A stretch of DNA of 64,000 nucleotides from a virus (taxonomy: Duplodnaviria > Heunggongvirae > Uroviricota > Caudoviricetes). This document shows, in pieces, positions 53,112-62,765 of the stretch; positions within the stretch are counted from its first letter, which is position 1; every line of letters starts with the position of its first letter. The notes under the pieces were generated by a model that saw only the letters and a list, made by a program, of their open reading frames with translations, did not search any database and had not been told where the DNA came from. Both the position numbers and the translations under genes were made by a program. The DNA is taken from IMG/VR virus record IMGVR_UViG_3300042890_004094; one strand, given 5' to 3'.

Positions 53112-54809
53112 TTAGTTATCATATTCTACTTCTTCAATAGAAGAAAAAACTTCCTTATTTATCTTAATTATTCTATCAAACATTTCTTGATTCAAAATTG
53201 CATGATGAACAACAAATATATTGATGTTATAATCATTTGCGAACGATTTAAGAAGTAATAGTATAGAATCGATACCTTCGATGTCAATTGATGAAAACAC
53301 CTCATCCAAGAACAGAATATTGATATGTTTCTTAGTTCTGATTAGTTTTAAATAAGCAATTAAGATGGCTATATTTACTTTTTTAGATTCACCAGTAGAT
53401 AATGAATCATGTTCAACAACAGAGCCTAATGTTTTAATTTCTGAACTAAATGTCTCATCTAATTTTACATCAAATGGTAGACCCATTTTCTTAATATTTT
53501 CTGCAATAAAATGATTTATTGGTTTAATAATACCTGCAATGATTGATTTCTTAGCACCATCTTCACTGAATACTCTTGTAAGTTCTTTATAGAATAATTC
53601 TTTCTCTTTACATATAGTTATATGATCTTGACTAACAGTTTTTTTAGAATCTAATTCACCAATAGTATTTTGAAATTCTTGTACATTTACTGACTCACCA
53701 GTTTCTTTTGATTTCTTTGTATTAAGAGCATCAATTTGAGACTTATAATTTCTAAGAAGATAGTTTAGATCATTAAATGAAGTTGTTGTACTATCTGCAA
53801 TAGTTTTTAACTTTGTTTGTTTTAATTTAATTGAAGTAATATTATCATTTATTTCTGACAATACTGACTCAAAACTTTCCTTCTTTTCAACTAAAGTAGC
53901 TCTTAATGAAATAAAGTGGTCTGAATTAAAATCGGTACTACATGTAGGACATTTACCAGAATCATAAAGACTTATTTCTCGTTGAACATTTCTTACTTCA
54001 TTCTGAGTATTACTTAATTGTCTTTTCTCAACATCTAACTCATCAGTAAGTATTTTATCTTTTTCTTTAATCTTATCTACTTTTTCTTTAAGAAGTTTAT
54101 AGTCTTCTTTTTTAGAATTCATTTCTTCAGTAAGAGTTTCAATTTCCTGTTGTATATTCTCTTTTGCTTTTTCAATTGCTTTCTCAATAGATTTCTTTAT
54201 TGAACCAATAGAATCTTCTAATGTTCTAATCTCAGAATCTAACGAAGCCATTCTAAGTTTGTTATTCTTATTTATATCTTTAAGAATACCATTTAGAATA
54301 TTGATAACTTCTAAATTAAATAATTTATCTAATAGTAATTGTTTCTCTTCATTTGTTAAAGAGATAAAGTTTTTAAAGTCATTGATAGACATTGAGATAA
54401 ATGATTTGAATGTTTCTATATCTAAACCGATATACTTTTCAATTTTATCATCTATGTTTGCTTTACCAGCTCTTTCATTTGGAATACCGTTTTCAATCAA
54501 TTCTAATACACCAGGAGAAATACCTCTTTTGATTTCTACATCTGTTCCATTTGAAATAAATTTTATACGATTTAATAGTTCACCGTTTATACGGTTTGGC
54601 AACGAAGAAAGTTTGTGCCATTTTTTTGCTTTACCAGATTTTACTTTTCCGTAAATAGCATATTCAAAAGATTCAAGTAATGAAGATTTACCATTACCAT
54701 TGTTTCCTACAAGAAGAACCAATTCTCCTTTTTCTGTGTTTAATTTTAATACTTGTTCATTATTTCCAAAGGATTTATATCCTCTGATTCCTATCTCACT
54801 AATTAGCAT
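53112..54809 (-). CDS. Rad50/SbcC-like SMC-family ATPase with CxxC zinc hook
   Basis: Walker A LLVGNNGNGKSSLLESF, long coiled coil with central DSGKCPTCSTDF hook, C-terminal LFLDEVFSSID Walker B/D-loop. Confidence 0.8.
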   Translation of the reverse strand: MLISEIGIRGYKSFGNNEQVLKLNTEKGELVLLVGNNGNGKSSLLESFEYAIYGKVKSGKAKKWHKLSSLPNRINGELLNRIKFISNGTDVEIKRGISPGVLELIENGIPNERAGKANIDDKIEKYIGLDIETFKSFISMSINDFKNFISLTNEEKQLLLDKLFNLEVINILNGILKDINKNNKLRMASLDSEIRTLEDSIGSIKKSIEKAIEKAKENIQQEIETLTEEMNSKKEDYKLLKEKVDKIKEKDKILTDELDVEKRQLSNTQNEVRNVQREISLYDSGKCPTCSTDFNSDHFISLRATLVEKKESFESVLSEINDNITSIKLKQTKLKTIADSTTTSFNDLNYLLRNYKSQIDALNTKKSKETGESVNVQEFQNTIGELDSKKTVSQDHITICKEKELFYKELTRVFSEDGAKKSIIAGIIKPINHFIAENIKKMGLPFDVKLDETFSSEIKTLGSVVEHDSLSTGESKKVNIAILIAYLKLIRTKKHINILFLDEVFSSIDIEGIDSILLLLKSFANDYNINIFVVHHAILNQEMFDRIIKINKEVFSSIEEVEYDN

Positions 54810-54857
54810 TTAATATAATAATTTCTTATTTATATAGTAAATACTTATATAAGTTGA

Positions 54858-55142
54858 TTATTCTTCATCAAAGAAACCTGAGAAATCAAGTTCGTCTAAT
54901 CTTCCTAAAATTTCATCCCCGGGAATAACTTTTTTCATTATATCTAAGACTAAATTATTATAACCTGACCATAGTTCTACCTGACCTATAATTTGTTCTA
55001 AATCATCATCTATTGTTAGTGTTACAAAATTATCTTTATAATAAAAAGTGGTGTCATAGTAGTTATCTTCATAATTTAATGAAATAAGTACTAAAACACC
55101 ATCTTCAAATTTTCCTAAATATTCAATTATATCAAAGGTCAT
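54858..55142 (-). CDS. Hypothetical acidic protein (94 aa)
   Basis: ORF. Confidence 0.45.
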   Translation of the reverse strand: MTFDIIEYLGKFEDGVLVLISLNYEDNYYDTTFYYKDNFVTLTIDDDLEQIIGQVELWSGYNNLVLDIMKKVIPGDEILGRLDELDFSGFFDEE

Positions 55143-55366
55143 TATCCTAATATAGTTTCAATTTTTTCCTCTCTTTCTTCTTGGGTTACATTTTTCAAAA
55201 ATCCACCTCTTACTAATGTATTCATAATACTTTGAGCTTGATCATATCTTTTCTCAGCAACTGCATACATCATATCTCTATAATAATTATGTATATACTG
55301 TCTTTCGTCTTCTGTGTTTAGAGTTGATACTTTATCAAGATCTAAATAGTAATCTTCTATGTTCAT
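55142..55366 (-). CDS. Hypothetical protein (74 aa)
   Basis: ORF, 1-nt overlap with neighbour. Confidence 0.45.
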   Translation of the reverse strand: MNIEDYYLDLDKVSTLNTEDERQYIHNYYRDMMYAVAEKRYDQAQSIMNTLVRGGFLKNVTQEEREEKIETILG

Positions 55367-55373
55367 GCTTCAA

Positions 55374-55646
55374 TTATATTTTTTGTCCAACAACAAATTC
55401 AATTTTTTTGAATTTATCATCAGTATCGGTAAAAACGATTTGTATCTTATCCACATCAACAAATTCTTTTGCTTCTCCAGAAAATTCGTTTACCATTACG
55501 TCTTTTTTATAGATTACATCAATTCCAGGCTCTTCTCCTAAAAATCTACGCATATCTTCTTTAATTTGTGAGATTTTCCAATCATCATTTATAAAGTCAA
55601 TTTTTGAAATATATTCTCTAATTGAAAATTCTTTAAGTGAACTCAT
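55374..55646 (-). CDS. Hypothetical protein (90 aa)
   Basis: ORF. Confidence 0.45.
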   Translation of the reverse strand: MSSLKEFSIREYISKIDFINDDWKISQIKEDMRRFLGEEPGIDVIYKKDVMVNEFSGEAKEFVDVDKIQIVFTDTDDKFKKIEFVVGQKI

Positions 55647-55679
55647 ACTTATATTTTATTTTTTATATCTTATTTATTA

Positions 55680-56012
55680 CTAAAAGTTGGGTTTATCTAA
55701 GTAGTATGTATTGTGTTCAGTAATAAATTCAAAGTTATCGTGTAATGTTTGACAATATCCATTAAATGAGTGAACATCTTCTTGTGTTAGATTAAACCAT
55801 TCACCTCTAACTCTTTTACTTCTAAATATTCTGTGAAGACTTGATTCTATTTTAGTTCCCCATTTTGATGTAAATGAGTCAACTAAATAAAGATCTGCTG
55901 CATTTCCAGTCTTAAACTCTTTAAGACGTTTTTCAATCTTTCTTTTAGTGAAACCTATTTTATGTAATTTTTCACCTTCTATATCCGCACAAATTAAATA
56001 TATGTTTGTCAT
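55680..56012 (-). CDS. T5orf172/GIY-YIG-like domain protein
   Basis: 110 aa; NIYLICADIEGEKLHKIGFTKRKIEKRLKEFKTGN...GEWFNL resembles the T5orf172 (MUG113) domain. Confidence 0.55.
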   Translation of the reverse strand: MTNIYLICADIEGEKLHKIGFTKRKIEKRLKEFKTGNAADLYLVDSFTSKWGTKIESSLHRIFRSKRVRGEWFNLTQEDVHSFNGYCQTLHDNFEFITEHNTYYLDKPNF

Positions 56013-56055
56013 AGAAGTATATATTACTTCTTCTAAACCCTCTTTTTTAATTTTT

Positions 56056-56427
56056 TTAAGATTTAACTACTGGTTTTTTATAGATTTCAATTAAAGTATC
56101 ACCATATTTTATCTTTTCATAGTAGTATTTAATAGATACTAAATTATGTTTTCTATCTATTCTTAGTCTACCAAAGACTTTAGCACTTTTAATATTTACT
56201 ATATAAGGTCCATTTTTAAGTTTTTTATAGTTTTTTAGAATAGTATCACAAACCTCTCTTCTTATAAGAGGTCTTGATCTATAATTAGAATAAACAACCA
56301 TTGAATCAGAACCTCTAACCATACTTATACTTTCCATTCCATCATAACCATAGTTATAGTAAACAGTCTTTTGTTGTGAATAAACAAAAGTAGCTAGAAA
56401 TAGAAGTAAGATTTTTATTATTTTCAT
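56056..56427 (-). CDS. Small secreted protein (123 aa, signal peptide)
   Basis: MKIIKILLLFLATFVYSQQ hydrophobic N-terminus. Confidence 0.5.
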   Translation of the reverse strand: MKIIKILLLFLATFVYSQQKTVYYNYGYDGMESISMVRGSDSMVVYSNYRSRPLIRREVCDTILKNYKKLKNGPYIVNIKSAKVFGRLRIDRKHNLVSIKYYYEKIKYGDTLIEIYKKPVVKS

Positions 56428-56451
56428 TTAGAAGATTTTAATAGTGTAAAG

Positions 56452-56613
56452 TCAGTCATGCTCTTGAACATAAACTCCAGGGCTAATATACATATTCTTT
56501 TCCGGTAGACCTAATAATCTTCTTAATTTTTTTAAACGATTGTATTTTCTAAGTCTTTTATCCATTATATCTTTTTCATAAAGATTGACTCCAGGTGGTA
56601 CATATCTACTCAT
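56452..56613 (-). CDS. Possible small ORF (53 aa) in the 56428-56605 gap, not in the track
   Basis: MSRYVPPGVNLYEKDIMDKRLRKYNRLKKLRRLLGLPEKNMYISPGVYVQEHD. Confidence 0.25.
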   Translation of the reverse strand: MSRYVPPGVNLYEKDIMDKRLRKYNRLKKLRRLLGLPEKNMYISPGVYVQEHD

Positions 56614-56929
56614 TGACTTTAAATATATTATTGATTTTTCTTTTTCTTATTGTATGTTTTGTATTACCATATTGATAATCTGCATAAAATAATTGACCAC
56701 TAGGAGCAGGTAATGGTTTAACGGATACTAGATCTAATCCTACAGTTTGTGCAGCCACTTTCATAGCGATTGGAAACATACTAGGAAAATTTGATTGTGT
56801 TATTGATTGTGATTGTAAACCAGCATACTGAGACATCCAGGTGGCTTTAGATCCAGTTAGACCCATATTTCCAATAAGATTATCCCATTTATTTTGAGTA
56901 TCTTTTCTGGTATTTTTTAAATTTTTCAT
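56606..56929 (-). CDS. Hypothetical protein (107 aa)
   Basis: ORF. Confidence 0.45.
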   Translation of the reverse strand: MKNLKNTRKDTQNKWDNLIGNMGLTGSKATWMSQYAGLQSQSITQSNFPSMFPIAMKVAAQTVGLDLVSVKPLPAPSGQLFYADYQYGNTKHTIRKRKINNIFKVNE

Positions 56930-56964
56930 AATAAAAATTTGTTTATTATAGAAAAATTATCATG

Positions 56965-57252
56965 TTAGTTTAGAGTTTTGTATTCTTGTTTAAGAGCATT
57001 TTCTAGTTGAGTTTCTTGTTGTTCGTCTAATTGTTTATTAAACTCTTTTTTATACCAAGAAATTAGTTGATGTATAATGATTTCTTCTGCTTCACCATTA
57101 CTGACTGCATTATAATCACCTTCTTCAACCCATTCTTTTACTTCATCAGCAAGCATTTCAGAAACAGTTTCTTCTGTGAACTGTTCTTTAATCTTTACAA
57201 TCGCATGATGTTTATCAAAAGTATTCTCGTTATATTTTTTTAAATATCTCAT
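56965..57252 (-). CDS. Hypothetical protein (95 aa), N-terminus MRYLKKYNEN
   Basis: ORF. Confidence 0.45.
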   Translation of the reverse strand: MRYLKKYNENTFDKHHAIVKIKEQFTEETVSEMLADEVKEWVEEGDYNAVSNGEAEEIIIHQLISWYKKEFNKQLDEQQETQLENALKQEYKTLN

Positions 57253-57677
57253 ATCTCATTATTATATTTTACATAAATGCTTATTCCTGAAATCTCTTCT
57301 ATAGTATGTGATTTTAATTCCTCTATTGTAAATGGAGTACTTTCATAATTAAGATCCCATACTAATATAATTTGTTCATCATCCAATCTATCGTCTAGAT
57401 TATAAGGTCCAAAAGCAGGAACTAATTTATACTTTTTATTTAAAATCTCTATAAATGGAATTAAATGATCTTTAACATCAATCCATTTAATATTTTGATG
57501 ATTATCTGTATGAACCTCTATTGCTACACAACTATCTTCATAAGTATATACAGAAACTTTAATATTATCATCATCTAATAAGTAAGCCAGATACATCTCA
57601 CTAACTTCCTTTAGTTCATTTATAAAGTCTTCAATATAAAAATTTTCAAATAATTTATAAAACTTCAAATATTTCAT
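57249..57677 (-). CDS. Hypothetical protein (142 aa), N-terminus MKYLKFYKLFENF
   Basis: ORF, 4-nt overlap with downstream gene. Confidence 0.5.
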   Translation of the reverse strand: MKYLKFYKLFENFYIEDFINELKEVSEMYLAYLLDDDNIKVSVYTYEDSCVAIEVHTDNHQNIKWIDVKDHLIPFIEILNKKYKLVPAFGPYNLDDRLDDEQIILVWDLNYESTPFTIEELKSHTIEEISGISIYVKYNNEI

Positions 57678-58630
57678 TACTTTAATTTAATATGTACATA
57701 TAACCAAAATGAGTGTGGTTTAACACTAATCAGAACTTTTTGACCCCATTTTTTAGTCATAACCCAAGTAGTGAAATTGTTTTTAATATTCAATAATTCA
57801 CCTTCATCTAATTTACCATTATCCCATTTACCAATACCATAGTATCCAAATGAAATTACTTTATCAGAAATTGTTGGTTTTGATTCTTTCTCAAAATATC
57901 CAGGTTTAAAATCTTTCATATCGGTTTTAATCTTACCAAGAAGTAACATATCAGTATTTGATATATTTACTATTTCCTTTTTCAAAGAAGCTGCAGATTT
58001 AGATTCAATAGTTACTAACCATCTTACAACTGAAGGAGTTAGTTTGAATTGTCCAATTGGATTTAATTTATCATAAGTAACACCATATTCAAATGTACCA
58101 TCACATTTAATACCAAAGTAAAGACCACATTCATTTTTACCATAATCAATCATATCTAAATATCTTGTCAATGATTTGAATCTACTAAATACCGATTTAA
58201 CATCTTCTGATGATAGGTCTGGATAATAATAAAATAATAAGAAATGAGAAGGACATTTTTCAACATTTGAACCTTTCTCTTTTTGACCTAGTGCGGTCAA
58301 TGATTTTAAAAATGAATTAAAGATTGATTTACCAGCAATTGTAATTTCTGCAGACTCATTGATTTCAGTTGAAACTAAAATCTCTGGTTCTTTTTCTTCA
58401 ATACCATTTTGAAGATAAGTATCAATTTGTAATTTAATGTCATCTTGTTCAGATTGCTCTAATGTATTTATGGCATTAGACAATCTTATATTAGAAGTGA
58501 TATCCCCTAAAAATCGATTTACTATGTTTTTAACATATTCATCATCATACAAAGACTCAACCCACTCTCCAAGTGAGTTGAAGTCTTGTAATTCAGATTC
58601 TTTAATAAACTCTAAATACTTTTTTATCAT
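57677..58630 (-). CDS. Hypothetical protein (317 aa), N-terminus MIKKYLEFIKE
   Basis: ORF, 1-nt overlap. Confidence 0.55.
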   Translation of the reverse strand: MIKKYLEFIKESELQDFNSLGEWVESLYDDEYVKNIVNRFLGDITSNIRLSNAINTLEQSEQDDIKLQIDTYLQNGIEEKEPEILVSTEINESAEITIAGKSIFNSFLKSLTALGQKEKGSNVEKCPSHFLLFYYYPDLSSEDVKSVFSRFKSLTRYLDMIDYGKNECGLYFGIKCDGTFEYGVTYDKLNPIGQFKLTPSVVRWLVTIESKSAASLKKEIVNISNTDMLLLGKIKTDMKDFKPGYFEKESKPTISDKVISFGYYGIGKWDNGKLDEGELLNIKNNFTTWVMTKKWGQKVLISVKPHSFWLYVHIKLK

Positions 58631-58658
58631 AGAGTATATATTAAAAATATATTTTACT

Positions 58659-61600
58659 TTATTTAATTTTTCTATTTACTAATATACCCAATCCGTAAGA
58701 TTCTTTGTAGTTATAAAACTCTAAATCATAATTATATGATAATTCATGACAAGCTCTCTTTACCTCAGCATAAGACTCTGTATCATGAAAAACAGTAACT
58801 CTACTATGTTGTACTGCCCACTCACCACACTCATAGGTATGTTTAAAATCATGAACTATATCAATATGTGTTAGACCGTATATATCACTATTTTCTTTAA
58901 TAAAGTCTTTATAATCAGATTTTAGTAAAGTTATATTTTTATAAGGTTCTAAATAACTTTTAGTTTGTTCTAAATGATCATCTTTTAATCCACTGTGTAT
59001 ATCACCAGTAAAAATGTCTACTCCTAAAACATTACTAAAATAGTTTGATAGAGCTGACGTTGAATAGCCATATTCTACACCAAATTCTAATGCGTTAGTT
59101 GTATCGACATCAAATCTTTCAATAATATCCTTTAAAATTGTTGGTATATTACCCCATGCAGAAGGATGAGGTTGTTCAGCCAATATTGGAAAGTCTCTAT
59201 TTTTCGGAATAAATTCTATTTCACTGTTATTTCTATACTGTAGAGTTTTATCAGATTCTATTATAGAGATTACTTGTTTAGATGTAATTGATTTACTACA
59301 TTCAAATTGTTTATCAGTTCCTTTATTAACAGGACACCAGTTCCAATCACCAGCATCTAATCTATGAGTATTGAAACATCCATTACAAACAGATTCATTA
59401 ATTATTCTAATAATATTATCATCTAATGGTTCCGTAATAGGTTTACTAAATCCAGATATAATTACTGTTGGTTTACTTAAAGCCCAAGATAACCAACTGA
59501 TACCTGAACTTATACCAATAAACATATCACAATTATATAAATATGTAATTAAGCTATCCATAGAACTATCTTTCATATAAATAACACCTTCTGGATTTTT
59601 ATTACCCATATATCCATCTGATTCTGAACTTACAATAACTACATCATAACCATTTAATTTATAATGATCTACAATATCTTGCCAACCGGTTGGGTTATTC
59701 CAATACTTTGCTTGTGCAGTTGAGTGTATTGCAATACAGATATATTTATTATCTAAAGGTCTACTTATATCATTTATCTTAATAAGTGGTTTTAAACAAC
59801 TCTGGTAAAGTCCTAGAATGTCTGTTGTGACTGCTTGTAATGGAATATTTTTAAAATCTCTTGGATTTTTAAATTTATTAAAAACATTATTATCATAGAA
59901 CCAACCAATATTATATGTTGTGTAAGTATTAAAATCTTGACCAGGATTTACAAATGTTAATCTTGGATATTTTTCGAGATCAAATAGAAAGTTTTTAAAG
60001 GTACTTAATATTACACTACAGTTATTTTTCTCAGCGAACTCGTTAACATGAGGTACCCATGCTAAAGTATCACCTAAAGATGATGACTCTAATTTTACTC
60101 GGACAATTTTATTATCAAGATTAAAGTTATCAATTACTAACTCATTTGTAGTTAAGTTATAAATTTCTATTCTCCACTTAATATAATAAGTAATTGAGCA
60201 TTTAGTCCAACAGTTTTTACCTATTGTAGTTTCATATAATATTTCATTAGTGTCATTATTTATAAACTTCACATTATATTTAAAATCTTCACCACCAATA
60301 ATTTCAACAAATGGACCATCATTATAATCTATGTTATATGTTTCCTTTTCTATTTCAACTTTATTGTCATTAATATCTCTTAATATATTTCTATTTTTAA
60401 CTTTAAAACTAGCGATTGAATTATCAATATTAAATTTATCGATAAATGTTTTTTCTTTATCGTATATTTCTATACCGTTTATTAGATCATTATAATCAAT
60501 TTTTACTAACTTATATCCTAAAGTAGAACTAATTATGTATTCATTATCTTTTGTTTTAATAAATAAATCATTTTTATTATTAAAGAATACATAATAGTCA
60601 CTATTAAACTTTCCTGATATACAACCAGAGTTACTTAACCATCTGTTATTTATTTCAAATTTATTAATGATATTATTATCATTTTTAATATCATTAATAT
60701 TAAAAATTTTATAATTTATATTATTTTGTATAATTGATGTACCTATAACATCTTCTAAAATAACCTTATTATTATATTTAAAATAGTTTTTCTTTGAATT
60801 TAACTCTTTAATAACACTACCAAATTTACAATTTGTAGAAAAGAATCCAGTATTAACTGATAAGTCTTTGTTATAACTATCCCAATTATATCCAATTAAA
60901 TCATAACTTTCTAATAGATTGGAATTATTATTTAATGTATCATAATCTATGATATAATCATAATTTATAAAGTGTATTTTTTCAAAACCATTATATTCCG
61001 CGATTGCAAAGCCATTCCTTATTAATTTAAGTGCGGCATAACTATGATTGAATCTAAAAGGCAAATTAATATCACAATAATTATAATTCCAAAAAGTGAA
61101 TAGTGAATGACTTGTATAAACTTTACTTTCTTTATATGAAATTATTGGATTATCCTTATCAATTATAACATAATCACATAATTCTGTTATGTTTTTTGGA
61201 ACTTCAATATGTGATGTTAAAATTACACTAAATCCATTATCTATTGAGTTAACTACATTTTTTCTCAGGATATCTAATTTTTCATCATTGTCACAGTGTG
61301 ACATTATTACAACAACCTCTTTCTTATTTAAAGATCTTTTTAATTCTTTAAATCCATCTTGGCCTATCTTCTCCCAATTAAACTTTTCTTTAATTATTTT
61401 AGCATCTTTTAAGGCAACTTCTTTCTTTTGTTGATAGTTATCATAACAATCAATTAAAACTCGTTGTAAGTCGTTATAATCAGGTTCTGCATATAGTCCA
61501 GGTGTATCACTGGCAAATCCTAGATCTTTACCTATATTAGCGGGTAGTTCAGTTCTTATAGCTACTGGATTTCCTAATCCTTTTGCAAATTCTAATTGAG

Positions 61601-62474
61601 CTCCCCAATTTGAGTATGTTGTAGGTGTTCCTGCTGCCATAGCTTCAATTAAAGGAATATTCCATCCTTCACTACGAGCACAAGTAATTAAGACATTACC
61701 AGTTTTAATATAATTTACATACTCTTCGTATTTAGGAAAATGAAGAACCTTTATTCGATCATCATTAAAGTTATAATGTTTTAATCTTTCCTCAGTTGAA
61801 TTGAATCCATCTACTGAATAAGGATTGTCTGCACTTAATATAAGTTCGACATTATCATTATTAGTAAATGATTTCAAGAAAGTATCAATTATTTCAGGAA
61901 CTGCTTTTCTATAGTCCCATCTACCAAAGAACATAAACTTGAACTTGTCATTATTACTTTCGACATGATCAAAAAAGATAGAGTTAACACCTTCATTTAC
62001 AATAGCTACTCTATCTTCTGGATAGCCTTGTTTAATAATCATATCTTTGTGCCATTGTGTAACAACCCAAAGATAATCAAACTTTAGAAGTTGATTAAAA
62101 AATCCTTCTTCTAGTTCGGTACTTTCCCAAACAGTATAAGCTATTTTAATAGGTGCTGTATATTCTTGGTAAAAATAATTGTGACGCATATCCATAAGTA
62201 CAATATCAACATCTTGTTTAAAATCTTCTTTATGCTTCCAAGGTAAATTTGGAAATGAGTGTGATATAGGATAATCGGAATATTTATTATCTGAATTACT
62301 TAATGTAATTTTATCTAAAATTGAATAATCAATTTCATCTAACTGTGGATTAGGATCCCAGGTATAGTTTCTAACTCTTAAATCAACGTGTTTTGATAAT
62401 TCTCTAAAAAAATTTCTTGCATGTGCTGCAAAACCAGTATGACCTAAGTAACAGGTGTGTGCTCTAACTTTCAT
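58659..62474 (-). CDS. Multidomain glycosyltransferase (GT4-like E-x7-E domain plus further GT-like region) with C-terminal class-I SAM methyltransferase-like domain
   Basis: 1271 aa; ...CARSEGWNIPLIEAMAAGTP... (GT4 signature); C-terminal ...LEFGVEYGYSTSALSNYF... Rossmann-like motif. Confidence 0.65.
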   Translation of the reverse strand: MKVRAHTCYLGHTGFAAHARNFFRELSKHVDLRVRNYTWDPNPQLDEIDYSILDKITLSNSDNKYSDYPISHSFPNLPWKHKEDFKQDVDIVLMDMRHNYFYQEYTAPIKIAYTVWESTELEEGFFNQLLKFDYLWVVTQWHKDMIIKQGYPEDRVAIVNEGVNSIFFDHVESNNDKFKFMFFGRWDYRKAVPEIIDTFLKSFTNNDNVELILSADNPYSVDGFNSTEERLKHYNFNDDRIKVLHFPKYEEYVNYIKTGNVLITCARSEGWNIPLIEAMAAGTPTTYSNWGAQLEFAKGLGNPVAIRTELPANIGKDLGFASDTPGLYAEPDYNDLQRVLIDCYDNYQQKKEVALKDAKIIKEKFNWEKIGQDGFKELKRSLNKKEVVVIMSHCDNDEKLDILRKNVVNSIDNGFSVILTSHIEVPKNITELCDYVIIDKDNPIISYKESKVYTSHSLFTFWNYNYCDINLPFRFNHSYAALKLIRNGFAIAEYNGFEKIHFINYDYIIDYDTLNNNSNLLESYDLIGYNWDSYNKDLSVNTGFFSTNCKFGSVIKELNSKKNYFKYNNKVILEDVIGTSIIQNNINYKIFNINDIKNDNNIINKFEINNRWLSNSGCISGKFNSDYYVFFNNKNDLFIKTKDNEYIISSTLGYKLVKIDYNDLINGIEIYDKEKTFIDKFNIDNSIASFKVKNRNILRDINDNKVEIEKETYNIDYNDGPFVEIIGGEDFKYNVKFINNDTNEILYETTIGKNCWTKCSITYYIKWRIEIYNLTTNELVIDNFNLDNKIVRVKLESSSLGDTLAWVPHVNEFAEKNNCSVILSTFKNFLFDLEKYPRLTFVNPGQDFNTYTTYNIGWFYDNNVFNKFKNPRDFKNIPLQAVTTDILGLYQSCLKPLIKINDISRPLDNKYICIAIHSTAQAKYWNNPTGWQDIVDHYKLNGYDVVIVSSESDGYMGNKNPEGVIYMKDSSMDSLITYLYNCDMFIGISSGISWLSWALSKPTVIISGFSKPITEPLDDNIIRIINESVCNGCFNTHRLDAGDWNWCPVNKGTDKQFECSKSITSKQVISIIESDKTLQYRNNSEIEFIPKNRDFPILAEQPHPSAWGNIPTILKDIIERFDVDTTNALEFGVEYGYSTSALSNYFSNVLGVDIFTGDIHSGLKDDHLEQTKSYLEPYKNITLLKSDYKDFIKENSDIYGLTHIDIVHDFKHTYECGEWAVQHSRVTVFHDTESYAEVKRACHELSYNYDLEFYNYKESYGLGILVNRKIK

Positions 62475-62516
62475 CTAATTTATAGAGAAATCTTTGTAAA
62501 GAGTTTATTTTTGTAA

Positions 62517-62765
62517 TTAGTTTATTTCCCAACCTAAAACTACCATTTCTTCCTCAGATTTAAGTTGTAGTATTTCTGAGTCTTCTAACAAGTATTCATA
62601 ATCTTCTGGAATAATCAATGCACCTATTGTAACATCAGTTGGATGATTTAATATACCAAAAAATTGATACGTTTCATCATTAGGATTTAACCCACAACCC
62701 ATTGATATAGCAATTTCAGTTGTAATCTTTTTACAGATAATTAAATTTTCTATTAAGTATTTCAT
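62517..62765 (-). CDS. Hypothetical protein (82 aa)
   Basis: ORF; TAATG overlap with upstream gene. Confidence 0.45.
   Translation of the reverse strand: MKYLIENLIICKKITTEIAISMGCGLNPNDETYQFFGILNHPTDVTIGALIIPEDYEYLLEDSEILQLKSEEEMVVLGWEIN

Noticed and set aside
9935-61434. Short antisense or alternate-frame track ORFs nested in large genes as genes. Examples: 9935..10126, 10409..10615, 11292..11579, 11834..12166, 11926..12108, 15405..15593, 17336..17524, 17699..17914, 19807..19995, 23916..24122, 24059..24274, 24642..24851, 27664..27867, 29844..30059, 32764..32952, 32967..33182, 33137..33331, 37669..37968, 44787..44981, 46004..46237, 48500..48688, 49893..50108, 52440..52640, 54259..54654, 55324..55541, 58437..58682, 59371..59580 and 61189..61434
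   Set aside because: All are embedded in or antisense to much longer, better-supported ORFs. They have low-complexity AT-driven composition and no motifs.
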